DNA from: Octopus sinensis
Lineage: Eukaryota
Assembly: GCF_006345805.1 (NCBI RefSeq)
Contig: NC_043017.1
Location: 28,830,001-28,894,000, forward strand
Reading direction: 5' to 3'
Length of the DNA stretch: 64,000 nt
Made by a program: the position numbers and the translations under genes. The notes beneath the pieces are model-generated. The model made no database searches. It had not been told where the DNA came from and was given only the letters and a program-made list of their open reading frames with translations. Positions 24,497 to 37,931 of the stretch are shown in pieces (positions within the stretch are counted from its first letter, which is position 1; each line of letters opens with the position of its first letter).

Positions 24497-24672
24497 TGCC
24501 TTTTTAGCTATATTTGTCAATCAGTGTTTGTGTCTTTTCGACTAATACCCTTCAATGTACTGCCTTAGAGCGACCGCCTTCAAATAAATGGAACAAGTAA
24601 AATACAATATAAATATATATACAGAGAGAGAGAGAGAGAGAGAGAGATACATACATACATAGAAACATATCG

Positions 24673-24720
<48 letters not shown>

Positions 24721-25594
24721 ATATATATATACGCCTGTGTTTAAACACGCACACGTACATACAGAGACACAGAATTATATAAGGACGAAGGTTTTTCTAT
24801 AAGTAATAAGAGAAGAGGCTCGAGGTTAGAGACTTACGAACGATCTTCTGAACTCTCTACGATTAATCTTCAGAATGATAGTACAATATTACGATAAACT
24901 TCCAAAATTCATTAATCCTTCCTTAGAAGATTTAAGATGAATCATTAAAGAGTAAACATTATCAAAATTTTCTCCAAATAATATATTATGAAATATAGAA
25001 ACTAAAAATTTACCATACACATCTCCGCTTATTATCTAATGTATTCGATACGATTACAATAAAGCATAATGATATAGTAGACGCAATAAGCAAAATAGGT
25101 ATGTAAACAAGCATATAAACTCATGTAATTTTTATTTATAAAATTTAAGTAAATTTTAGTTGAAATATGCACTAAAATTGAGGCACCTTGTTAGGTCGGA
25201 ATAGTATACACGCACAAGACTATTATGTAAATAACAATCTTGTTACATAAGTGCTGGTCGAATGGTATTCAAGCAGTCTATGTACTTTATTAGACCCTGT
25301 TGAGTAAAGAAATCCGCTCGTAAACTACTGAGACATGTACATTATATTAAATATACAGTCCATAATGTTTAGGAAAGGCAGATTCTGAGAGAGCTGAATA
25401 AAATATGAGTAAAAGTAGAGGTAGAGGTATCAATCCATTCTGTCAACGGAAATAATAGCAGAATCGCTGAAAATGGTTTGATCCGTGGATTTTAAACTGT
25501 TAAATTGTTTTCAATGGCCATTTTGCAGTTCATGAATTCATCTGACGAAAACGCTATGTTTATAATGATGTAATGCTTTCATTAATCAATTAAA

Positions 25595-25775
25595 TAATTA
25601 TTATTATATCGAAAAATATCTTAGGAATGAGAATCCGGGTTCGAAATTTCCCTAAGAGACCTAATGAATGCCGGAGGGTATATCGGCCGAAACGTGATGT
25701 TAACAACAAGGTGAGGACAAATATCAGTCAAATGTATATAAGGTACGTAATTCGTTATATCTTAAATCTAGAAAT
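25595..25775 (+). mobile_element. Penelope pLTR fragment with degenerate hammerhead (25656-25701)
   Basis: TAGGAATGAGAA..GGTTCGAAAT..CTAATGA..GGAGGGTATATCGGCCGAAACG..GAGGACAAATATC, homologous to 32300-32398 and 34020-34140. Confidence 0.7.
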
Positions 25776-26005
25776 GTATGTGTGTATGCTTGTGTGTCTG
25801 TGTTTATTCCCCAACATCGCGTGACAACAGATGATGCTGGGTTTACGTCCCCGTCACATAGCAATTCGGCAAGAGAGACTGATAGAATAAGTACTAGGCT
25901 TACAAAGAATAAGTCCTGGGGTCGATTTTTCGACTAAAGGCAGTGCTCCAGCATGGCCGCAGTCAAATAACAGAAACATAAAAAATAACAAGAAAAGAAA
26001 GAGAA
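25776..26005 (+). mobile_element. SINE family A 3' half
   Basis: TTTACGTCCCCGT..AGAATAAGTACTAGG..CCAGCATGGCCGCAGTC. Confidence 0.85.
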
Positions 26006-26084
26006 TATATATGTATATATATATATATATTATATATAATATATATTATATATATATATATATATATATTTATGTATATATATA

Positions 26085-26400
26085 AGTAAATAAATGGAGT
26101 TGAACGAAGATGTAATTTAAAATTCTTTTACTTTCGACATATGTTTCGAAGACAACATGGTTTTATTCCAAAGGAATAAACGGTGTAAAATGCAATCTTC
26201 TCGTCAGGAAAGAAAGAGAGCCTATCTCAACTCCATTTATCTACTTATACTTGCACAAATTACGACCCATTAATCCGGAGTTTCTACCTTTGAATAGGTC
26301 GCTTCATCCGTGTTATTTGCGTGAATTTTGCTACCCTGGTAACTGTTTATTGAATTTTCCATGTTAACGGTAAACAAAGGATAATTCCTTCATCCATTTA
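26085..26400 (-). mobile_element. Hammerhead-bearing repeat with internal inversion
   Basis: Homologous to 2560-2930; ATAAATGGAGTTGA (~26090) is inverted at ~26228. Confidence 0.65.
26131..26212 (-). ncRNA. Type I hammerhead ribozyme, canonical core, GUC cleavage triplet
   Basis: CTTTC-CTGACGA-GAAGA...TCTTC-GAAA-CATATG-TC-GAAAG; extra hairpin TTTATTCC/GGAATAAA within loop II. Confidence 0.85.
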
Positions 26401-26879
26401 TATATATATATATATGTATATTTACACGATGTGTGTGTCTTTGTCTCTGCGTCTGTGCATGTGTTTGTATATGTATATATACGTGTTATACTACACGGAA
26501 GAAACTATGATGATCCCAAATACACTGGCAGATGAGGTGATGTCATTGGATAGTATTCTGCTTCTATCGTAACGTTTACGCCCACATAGTTTTTCTCGGT
26601 TTCCTCTAGATTTGAATTGTTCCCAGATTCGTTGTTATATCACTTTGTTGTTCTATTTCTAGCGTGCTTCGATTGTCTTCTAGCTGAAGTTTTAATTGTT
26701 TCTGTTATGTTTTGATTAATTTAATGTTTAAATGAATATAAGTGCAATATATCTAATAGGATTGCGATCAGGGTTTTAATTTGCTATTAATGTCAGTTCG
26801 CAGAAATTTACTGGTTACGGAATTAATTTATAGATGTTAGCAAGTAATTAATTAAGTTAAGTGGGTCAGAAACACATAC

Positions 26880-26901
26880 AGACATACAGATCTACATACA
26901 C

Positions 26902-26970
<69 letters not shown>

Positions 26971-27016
26971 TATATATATATTATATATATATATATGTAT
27001 ATGTAAATATATATAT

Positions 27017-27051
<35 letters not shown>

Positions 27052-27180
27052 GATATATATATATATATATAAATATATATATATATATTATATAATATAT
27101 ATAAATATATATATATACATACATATACATATACATATAATATATATATATATATATATACATATATATATACATATATT

Positions 27181-27229
<49 letters not shown>

Positions 27230-28129
27230 AATATAAATGTGTGTGTGTATATATATGTGTTTATGTGTCTGTGTCTGTGTATATATATATTCAAATCTTA
27301 ATTTATCTTTCCAAATCGATATATATATATATATACATGTGTGTATGTATGTAATTATGTATATATGTGAATGTATATTTGTTTGTGTGTGTGTGTTTGT
27401 GTGTGGATGTATGTGCGCGCGTGTGTGTGTGTGTACGTGTGAATTATCCATGATTTATACAACAGAAACGTGTAATTCGTTTTGACTCCGATATCACGTA
27501 TTGAGTACTGATTTTCTGTCTTTTTGTGTGGACAAATATTTGTGCCAAAACACACGCAAACACACACACACTCACACACACACACACGCACTCACACACA
27601 CACACACACCTGTGCACAGACACACACACACAGAGGCTCAAAGATACACACATACACACACACACAAACAAATAAACGAGTGTGTGCTCTATTCTACAAA
27701 CACATGAGTACATACGTGTTTCTGTGCGTCAATACGCTTTCGTGTATGCGCCTTTGTGTGCGTGTGTAGATCTGTGTGTATGTGTGTGTGTCTGTGTGTA
27801 TGTGTGTGTGTGTTTATACACTTTATTACCATTCTAACAACCGGGATGCGGTAATTTCTCAGTGGATAAAATTAATGTTGATTTATCGAAATATCTCCTA
27901 AATACTGTCAAATATTTCTCCCTTGTTGAGTTAAAGTATAAAGAAAGAGTCAGATTGTCTGGCTTTTCATTCTATGGAAGATTCATCGGCCTCGCTGCGA
28001 GAGGATAAATTGCAACTAAAATTGTCAACATTAACCGCATAAATAGCAAATATTATTCAATTATGAAACTTGAATCTTTTACTCACCCTCTCTTGTTCCT
28101 CCCCTTCTCTTTCATAGTCCTTATAGATC

Positions 28130-28166
<37 letters not shown>

Positions 28167-28442
28167 ACTCACACACGCAGTAACACACGCAGTCACACAC
28201 GCACTCACACACACACACACACACTCACACACACATATTTATAAATGCATATATGCATATATATATATATATATGTATACATATATATATGTGTGTGTGT
28301 GTATACACAAATATATCCTCACACACATACAAAAATATATTCATATTACGTATATATACGTATATATATCTTATATATATAATATATATATATATATATC
28401 TGTTTATATACATTTATACACACGCACACTTATGTGCATGTC

Positions 28443-28474
<32 letters not shown>

Positions 28475-28551
28475 CATACGTATATATATATGAATATATA
28501 TATATATGCATATATATATATTTATACATTATTATATGTATATAATATATA

Positions 28552-28586
<35 letters not shown>

Positions 28587-28910
28587 TCTATATATATATA
28601 TTATATATATATACATATATTCGTGTGTGTATATGTGTGTGCATGAGTTTTATGTCGGTTTGAGTTAATGTATTTGTGTGTGTGTCTGTGTGTCGATGCA
28701 TGCATGTATATCATTCAGTTTATCTCATTAGTTAAGTAATCACAGCCTCAAGCCATATCATTGGACGCTACTCTGTCAGATTCTTTAATTCTCTTCTCAG
28801 AGTTTTTTTTCTCCAATTGCATTATTACCTCTATTGATAAACTAATACATAATTAACTATATATTGTGTATCCGAATGTGCGAGTGCTTGAATGCTTGAT
28901 TGTAAGCATA

Positions 28911-28956
<46 letters not shown>

Positions 28957-29002
28957 GTATATATATATATATGATAATATAATATATATTATTATTATAT
29001 AT

Positions 29003-29054
<52 letters not shown>

Positions 29055-29105
29055 CATATATATATGTATATATATATATATATATAATATACATATATAT
29101 ATACA
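26880..29105. repeat. Field of (TA)n/(CA)n/(TG)n microsatellites
   Basis: Directly visible; accounts for the YI/HT-rich ORFs. Confidence 0.9.
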
Positions 29106-29513
29106 TCTCTATATATAAAAAACGCAGTTTGTCTGTCTGTGTGTCTGTGTGGCTGTCAGGTTGTACCCTCACCCTGACCACGGCTTTCAACCGATTCTGA
29201 TGAAACTTGACACACACATAGCCCAATGTCATATTCAAAACTAACGCAGCGAAAAGTTTGAAAAGTTCCCCCAGTTCTGGAAAAACATCGATAAATTCGA
29301 CATGGGTCGAGAATCTAAGCTTTTTATATGCAACACATTTTCTGTCGGGAGACCAGCTAGGAACATCGTATACATAGAAGTATTCGAGTGAAGAGAAGAC
29401 ATTGCATCCTACACATGCGCCTTCGTTCCCTAGATGGAAAGAACTAGATTGGGATTAGTCGTTGCCTACTAGGGGCTCTTACATACCCGGGCAACGCCGG
29501 GCTATGCTGCTAG
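29106..29513 (+). mobile_element. Non-autonomous Helitron
   Basis: A|TC start, subterminal hairpin CCCGG-GCAACG-CCGGG (29486-29501), CTAG|T end, no TSD. Confidence 0.8.
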
Positions 29514-29561
29514 TATATATATATACATATATATATACATACATATACATACCACAAACAC

Positions 29562-29618
<57 letters not shown>

Positions 29619-30169
29619 TATATATATGTCTATATGAGTACATTCTATTTTTGTTTAGTAGTTATCGTTTTGAATGTTGTGTTCGTATGTTTGTGTTATA
29701 ATGTTTTGAATACTGGACACCGAGGAGACAATTGCTCCATAATTTCAGTTTCTATGATAAGGATTGATTCACGTATTCCTTGATCGTGACCTTCGTACTT
29801 TTCTGGGGAAATAAGGAATATGGCTTTTGTTGCTTATTCCTAGTTACTAGCCGTAGAAGAAATGATAGTTCCATATTTACTTAACAGATTCATCAGAGAT
29901 TGCCTAAAGTGACATGTCACTTGTCCTCTTACATGTTAGAATCTTTGGGAAGAAATATGTCGGCGCGCTGGAAGAAGCGATAGCATGCTGGGCAAAATGT
30001 TTAGCGGCGTTTAAATTCCGCCGAATTCGAATTTGCTTTCCATCTGTGAGCGGTCGATGAAATATGTACCAGATGAACATTGGAGTCGACATGATTGACA
30101 TAGCCACTCCTCTGAAATTACTAGTATTATGCCAAACTTGAAACCAATCTCTACGGGGAAAACAGGGGC

Positions 30170-30510
30170 AGCGTATACGTTTCAGAGAATCCAGAATATT
30201 CTTAGATAGAAGTCTTGAAAAATTCGTATCAAAATGGCGAATGAAGACAATATTTTTGATCTGGGAGACCCGCATGGGATGGATGCAGATGTCTTTAAAA
30301 TAAAACTGGATCTCTTCCTGTCAGGTATCCCAGATGAACGATCTTCACGGCAGGAGGTGCATATGAGGGCAGCTGCATCGATCTCTCTCATGCACCAAAT
30401 GGCAATTGCTGAAACGCATTCGTGAAGTAAAATCATGTAGCAACACTGAATGGCGGTGCCCCAGCATGGCCACAGCTCGGGTGCTTAAACTGGATAAAAT
30501 ATAAATATAA
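30170..30510 (+). mobile_element. CR1/jockey-like LINE 3' end
   Basis: FKIKLDLFLSGIPDE....RAAASISLMHQ C-terminus, short 3' UTR, A/T-rich tail. Confidence 0.7.
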
Positions 30511-30964
30511 ATAAATATTTATATAAAAGATAAAATATTGTTCAAAACAATTTACAGCAGGTTTTAAAGATAGGTCAAGAGCCAATCAGAATTAACCATC
30601 ACTCACACACATAGACGCACGATAAACTGAATGACACAAAATACGTAGTCGTAAGTTCAAATCTTACCATCCGTTTCTCTCCTAGTCGATATTACATGTC
30701 TGATCTTGATAGCAGTCGACATGTTTTGATATAAGCTCTGATCGTCGCAACGTAGGGTTGTTGTTTCTTTATCATCAAACTGTTGCTTTCACCCGTTGAG
30801 GTTGACCCTACGTCGACTTTGCTTTGATGCTTTCCGGCTCGATAAAATAAGTACCATTTGAGTACATGGCTTCTTGTATCTTGTAATTGACTTACTCCAC
30901 TCCCCAAAATTAATGTCCTTGTGCCAAAATTTGAAACCAATTTGTGGCTAAATATATTTTCACC

Positions 30965-31400
30965 TGTTAAAAAAAAGTATGGAGCGCAAGTGTAATTTCA
31001 ATAAAGAACAAAATAAGAATTTTTAACACTAACGTACAAGCGGTGTTATTGTTTGGGGCTGAGACATGGCGAACAACAGTTAAGTCAAATAAGCAAATAC
31101 AATCATTCATCAATAGATGCTTGCGCAGTATACTTAAAATTAGATGGCCCGAACACATAAGAAATATGGAGCTATGGCAAAGAGCAAATGAAGTTTCGAT
31201 TAGGGAGAAAATATTTAAGAAAAAGTGGAAGTGGATTGGTAGCACAATTAGAAAAGACATACCAAATGTAGCGAAAAGTGATATGGTTATAGAAAGAGAG
31301 GTAGGCCTAAGATCTCGTGGCGGAGATCAACACAAAATTGACTAGAGAAAGGGGGACATTCATGGCAGAGTATAAGTACAGAAATTATGTGACATTGAAT
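30965..31400 (+). mobile_element. RTE-clade LINE 3' fragment
   Basis: LLFGAETW..QSFINRCLRSILKIRWP..N.ELW..WKWIG. Confidence 0.85.
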
Positions 31401-32247
31401 TTAACTATAAGTTGCCTATACTCCGGGTTGGATGCTTAAAGGCAGGAAAAAACTATTTTCTGGGATGGTATTCACTCAGTTTCCGTGAATCCCCAAAATA
31501 TTTTCATCCACATACATTTCATAAATAACAGCCTCTTATAGCTTAGATTTCTTATTTCTTGAGAGAATACGCATGGATGCAAACAAAGATTGTTTAGTTG
31601 AAGACAGCAGAAATTATGCATACTTCCTGTTAGTGTGGCATATAATGCACAGAAGTGTAGAACCTTCTATTAAAGATTTACTAGAATTGTGCTTCAAGTC
31701 TGATGTAAATTTTATCTGGATTGTAATGCGAAAAGCAAATTTTATCCAAGATCCATTAGAATTTTGATAGCATTTTGTACAGACCTTTGCTGGTTTGTCT
31801 GTTCGCTGCATACGTATCACAGAGTAATAAAGATTTTGAAGATTACCATTAAGTAATATTTATAAAGAGAAATACGTAGAAGTTGCCTAAATGGGAGAAC
31901 CCTCATTTAATTTCTCGGCTTATCAAAAGTAACCATCATATCTCTGTCTGACCTCATTTTAATAGAAAGCACTCGTATGATATTGGAATCTGAAAATTAA
32001 TTACGTCCAAATCGCCTGCATTGTCGAAGATAAAGTGTTTGTTCTTAAGTCTCTTCCATTACGAATGAAATGGGGTTAAACATCACCATGAATGACAACT
32101 ATATTATTAGAGAATTTATTTTATACATTACTTAACTATACATTACGTAACAATAAAGTTTATACTTTCATGATATATACGTGAAACTCTTCTAAGATCG
32201 TGACAGATATTAAGATAATTTCTTCTTATAATTTGAAGGCTTAATAT

Positions 32248-32398
32248 TCGTCCTCATCTTGTTTGTTATTAACACAACGTTTCAGCTGATGTACTCTGCA
32301 GGCAGTAACTTGAATAACAACATCGAAAACTACCTTAGGAATGAGAACCCAGGTTCGAAATTCCCCTGATGAAGGCTGGAGAGTACATCAGCTGAAAC
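32248..32398. mobile_element. Penelope pLTR fragments in inverted arrangement with split hammerhead
   Basis: Plus strand: CTGATGA-AGGCTG-GAGAGTACAT-CAGCT-GAAAC (32366-32398). Minus strand 32248-32300 carries GAGTACATCAGCTGAAACGTTGTGTT. Confidence 0.75.
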
Positions 32399-32544
32399 AA
32401 ACGATAGTAGGTTGTGATTATCACTTGCCTAAGGTTGTAACAAAACTATCGAAATTGATAATATTGCATGAAAATTATTTCGTATATATTCGTAATTTAG
32501 ATATTTAATCTTACTTAGATATGAACACATTTGTCTTTCACTGG

Positions 32545-33030
32545 AACATCTCTCTCTATCTGCTCAGTCGAAGTTTGCTCTCGGTCACTCGTTGGATCAG
32601 TGTCCTCCAGTCAGTTCTATCCTGGGCCGCTTCCTTCAGACTGGCCATGTCCATTCCGGTATCACTCTCGATGGGGTCAAGCCAGCGGGTTCTTGGTCGA
32701 CCTCTTCCTCTCTTGCCACTGACCATTCCGAGCATGATATCCTTCTCCAGGGATTCTCTCCACATAATATGACCGAAATATGCCAATCTACGCATGGTGA
32801 TCCTAGCTTCTGGCGACATTTTCGGCCTGATGTGCTTAAGAACTTCTCCATTGGTGAGCCTCGCTGTCCATAGAATCCGTAAAAGTCTTCTCCAACACCA
32901 AAGCTCGAATGCATTAATTCTCTTCTGGTCAGCTTTCTTTCGTGTCCAGGTCTCGCATCCATATGTTGCTATTGGGAAGACAATTGTGTTCACCAATCTG
33001 CATTTGGTAGCGAGTCTGATGTTTCTACTC
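32545..33030 (-). mobile_element. RTE-BovB-like LINE 3' end
   Basis: FPIATYGCETWT..RINAFELWCWRRLLRI.WTAR..YFGHIM..SLEKDIMLG..GKRGRGRP..RW. Confidence 0.92.
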
Positions 33031-33571
33031 TTCCAGGATAGTATTATATCATTTGTCTTTCATCACTGTACAATAAGGGCAATATGTATGCCCTTAGTCC
33101 GAATGACCACTTTGAATCCCGAAGAAAATTTGACTAATACGTAAAACGTAATACTAGAACCAAAGACATTTGAACATTCTGATATGCTATCTCGAATACC
33201 GAAAAATAATAATAATGCTAGTTTATAATAACTTTCTTATTGCTGCATTTCATTTAATAATAATATGTACAAAGCAAAATATTTAAATCGCATAAATCTT
33301 TCGTATCCACTCAGAAGATAGTTATAAAGTTTGCCGATTAAAAAATAGAATACAAGCAGAAAGAGAAAATAGTTTTAAAACTTATAAAAGGAACCAATAA
33401 TGAATTAAGAGCTTTCCATTGTCTGAATTAACAACTGACAATAGTATAAGTGTCATTGTTATTATTTATAGTCCTTATAGAAAATCTATTTCTAAGCTTA
33501 AATGAGATTTTGATTTTCATTAAGTATGAAAACTATAATTTTATAAATCATTCAGTGAATCATAGATGTCA

Positions 33572-33914
33572 ACAATGCAGGAACAGTAAACGGTGATATA
33601 TTTTTCACCTTTTGTCCACTCTAAGAATGAAAAAAGACCAAATTTCAATCAAATTTGAATGCTACAATCATTGTGTGTTAATAATGAATTCTGAGTTTGG
33701 CACAGAGCCAGGTATTGTTTTGGTGAAATGAATATGTCGATATATTTGTTACCCAAGTTTTTAACTGGTATCTCTTTCATACACCCAAACGGAAGTCTGC
33801 ATAATGCTATTAAAGTAAAATACAAAGCAGAGTGACTAAATTGAGACAGCAATTTACTGTATCCAGTACATTATAAGGTGAAAAATATATCACCGTTTAC
33901 TGTTCCTGCATTGT
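33572..33914. repeat. Perfect 40-bp inverted repeat (33572-33611 / 33875-33914)
   Basis: ACAATGCAGGAACAGTAAACGGTGATATATTTTTCACCTT and its exact reverse complement. Confidence 0.95.
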
Positions 33915-33959
33915 CCCCGCCAACATCACTTGATACATTTCATCTATAATAAATAATGT

Positions 33960-34672
33960 GTAATAAATATAACGAATACAGTTCTCTATTTATGAGATGA
34001 GGAATTATGTACCATACTTTCATTCGACGGATATTTGTCCTCATCTTGTTTGTTGTTAACACAACGTTACGGCTGATATACCCTCCAGCCTTTTTCAGGT
34101 GTCTTGGGGGAGTTTCGAACCTGGGTTATCATTCCTATGTTGTTATTGTTATTATTATTATTAATATTATTATTACTGTTGTTGTCGTTGTTCAAGAATC
34201 TTGGGGTTTGTAGCCCGCTATCTTAACCACTACGCCATATGCCCGTGGGCAATTATGGAGTGAATTTTAGGGCTTATAAATCTAATATTTTTTCTATCCT
34301 TCCTTGATACCAGTTCTCATATGCTGTTCATATCTGCATTCAGTCTACTTAGGAGGTTGTTGTGTCCTAGCATATGTGCTGCTTCTTTTAGTTTTCGCAT
34401 TTTCCTGTGGTATTCTCTGTCTATTAGTTTAACTTCGTCCCACAGGGGAAGTTGATCTCCATTTTTCCATACATGATCAGCTATACCCGATTTATCAATA
34501 TCTTCTCACGTCACACTTAGTTTGAGGGGGCAACATGTTTCGCCTTTGTATAACCTACCACAGTTGCATGGGATGTAGTACACGCAGTCTTTGCTCATAT
34601 TCTCTTTAATTGGTGGTTTTACTCGAAGGAGATATTTGCGAAGTGGTGTATTACTCTTGAATACTGTCCTTC
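33960..34672 (-). mobile_element. Penelope-like element 3' part: GIY-YIG endonuclease relic plus pLTR with tRNA-like head and hammerhead
   Basis: CVYYIPCNCGRLYKGET..PLK and KSGIADHVW..WDEVKLID.E...RKLKEAAH; then GGGCATATGGCGTAGTGGTTAAG (from 34244 down), an (AAT)n tract and a degenerate hammerhead at 34058-34103. Confidence 0.85.
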
Positions 34673-35849
34673 GCAAATACAACACTTCACAAATAGAAAT
34701 TGTGTGAAATTTACCTCCACACTGTATGACGTCATGACCGTTTGATACTTGAGTTTTTAAGGAGCTGGAGCACCCTGACACCTCTTCTGGTATAGTTTTG
34801 AGGAACGGGCTTGTTCTTTTAGGTGGAAGAGGACTTTACCGATTCATTCCTCTCGACGCAGATGGAATGGATCTCACTTATGTTGATTACTCTTCAGTCC
34901 TTGAGAGTTAGGTCGGTTATTTCCAGGCCAGGGATGGGCAGAGCATTTATGCCGCCTTTGAACTTCAACAAGCTGTGGAGAAGAAGTTGGTTATACAGAA
35001 GCGCGCTCCTCTTGACTGCGACCTTCTGCAACCCCTTCATTCGCTTTCCAAGTTAGCGATTCCATGGAAACCACGCTCAGTTAACTCACACTACTACACT
35101 TAAAATGATTGACTCGTTGACCAAGATTATCAGTTTCTTATCTCTAAAATTCTCGCCTCAGAAAGAGCGTTACTTGGCATTGAGATTTTCAGAGTCAGTA
35201 GCACTCAAAACATTATACAAATCCCTTCCGACCCCGAGACACCTATCAACAAATCCCAACATTGCAAACCGTCCACAGTGCTGTAACATCGTAGCCATAA
35301 GACGTCTGTCAATGACCAGCTTTATATTTTCTGGCCCACACATTTGCATAACACCGATAACGGGTCTGTATTTTAATATTTCAGCCTAATTTGAGAATGA
35401 TTTCTCGGTCTAAACTAACCGTATCATTCCGTATGGCTTAGCCAATCAACGGACGTATTTTCCTCCGCAATGCTATGCAGTACTTCCTGTTCTTGAATCT
35501 TTGATAGAAACGAGGATCTTCAAGATACGTGGATTACACTTGAAACCATTGCTGATATATTGTTATAACATCATCTGCCAAAATGTCGGATTAATATTAT
35601 TCTAATGTACTTTTTCACTTCAAACCTGTTAGGTTAGTAGAATCAATAAGGCGGTTGTAAATGGGTTACGCAAAATTCGTTCCTTCTTCCAGTGCTTTAG
35701 GCTCTGATTTCATGTAATGCAACATTTCAACGTGCATTAATCCAACCGTTGCATTCAATCCAAAGAAGTGCAAACCAAATACTGATTTAAATATAACTAG
35801 CAAAACCATGACAGAAACTAAAGTCTCTAAGTTTTTATTTTTTGTTTGT

Positions 35850-36220
35850 TTTTTGCTTGTTTCAGTCATTTGATTGCGGCCATGCTGGAGCACTGCCTTT
35901 AGTCGAGCACGTCGACCCGAGGACTTATTCTTTGTAAGCCTAGTACTTATTCTATCGGTCTCTTTTGCCGAACTGCTAAGTTACGGGGACGTAAACACAC
36001 CACCATCGGTTGTCAAGTGATGTTGGAGGGAGGACAAACACAGACACACAAACATATACACACGCATACATATATACATATATATATATACATATATAAG
36101 ACAAGTTTTTCTCCGTTTCCGTCTACCAATTCCACTCACAAGATGCCACGCAGTGGAACTGAACTCAGAACCATGTGGTTGGTAAGCGAGCTACTTTCCA
36201 AACAGCCACTCCTGCGCCTA
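35850..36220 (-). mobile_element. SINE family A
   Basis: Reverse-oriented consensus with an internal deletion. Confidence 0.9.
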
Positions 36221-37466
36221 GGAAAGTTTTATTATTTTATTTTGTTTCCACGGTGAGATAGCAAAATTGTTAGCACACGTGATGAAGTGCTTAGCGGCAT
36301 TTCAACTTTCTTCGCTTCGAATCGATAACAGAAGTACCACTTGAGCACTGGGTCGATATTATCGACTTATCTCATCCCCTAATATTGCCGGTCTTGTGAC
36401 AAAATTTAAAACCATTAAAAATGCAGCAAGCGGGCAAAATAATTAGAACGCCGGACGAAATGCTTAGCAGCATTTCATCCGTCTTTAGGTTCACAGATCA
36501 AATACTTCTGAGAACGACATTACCTTGCAATCTTTCAAAGTCAACAAAATAATTACTCTTTACGCCATGGGGTTATAGACAAGACCACCCCCTCGAAAAT
36601 TTCAGGCTTTGTGCCACAAGAGAAAGGATATTTAATATAAAGATTAATTCGATGCTAGTGATCCTGGGAACGAAAATATCGTGGGTAGTACCATAGAGAT
36701 GGCACTGCAGTCTTTACGTGCAGATAGTTCAAAGAATACAGCGAACGGAGACAATTACATCATAAAGTAATCAAGAGGCATGTGCGAATATAAAAGTGAC
36801 AGTGGAAATGAGATCATTTGGTTTTCTGAAATTTGAGAAATCGATAGTTAATTGTCTTGACATTTTCATAAAAAATTAGTCTTCTGCATTATGTAATATT
36901 TTTTTAATAGACATTTTAACCAATAAAAAAAACAAAGAACAAATGTACACACTCATATTTAACATATAAAAGATGCGTGTCGGTGTACGTGTGTGTGTGT
37001 GTGCGTATATGTGTGTTATATGGATGTATTCAAATACGCATATATATATATATATACATAATTATATAGAGAGAGATAGATAGATAGACAGATAGATAGT
37101 TAGATAGATATATATAGATAGATAGATAGATACATACATACATACATACATACATACGTACATATATACATACATACATAGACAGAAGGACATGCGGTTG
37201 CTTATTTGCACATACACCAAAGACATGCACACACAAACACACGCAGAAAACTCAACCTCCCACACTGGGTACATACACATATATACACTCTTGAATTTAA
37301 ACTTCTACTGAACATTTTAGATATATCCAACTTTCAGTCTTTTGACATTTTCACTAAACTAAAGAATATTTCATAGACAAGTATTTTATGCACATGAACA
37401 TCATAGTGCCAAAGCGATATACATTATATATATATATGTGCGTGTGTGAAAGTATGTATGTATATA

Positions 37467-37860
<394 letters not shown>

Positions 37861-37900
37861 TATATATATATGTATATGCATGTGTGTGTGTGTGTACATG

Positions 37901-37931
<31 letters not shown>

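Noticed and set aside
29196-29210. CTGATGAAAC inside the Helitron
   Set aside because: The two core halves overlap with no stem II; not a hammerhead.
35173-35385. Minus-strand open frame bounded by AG and GT (possible exon)
   Set aside because: No recognisable protein, weak splice sites and no partner exons; another frame faintly resembles a decayed transposase Cys-rich tail.
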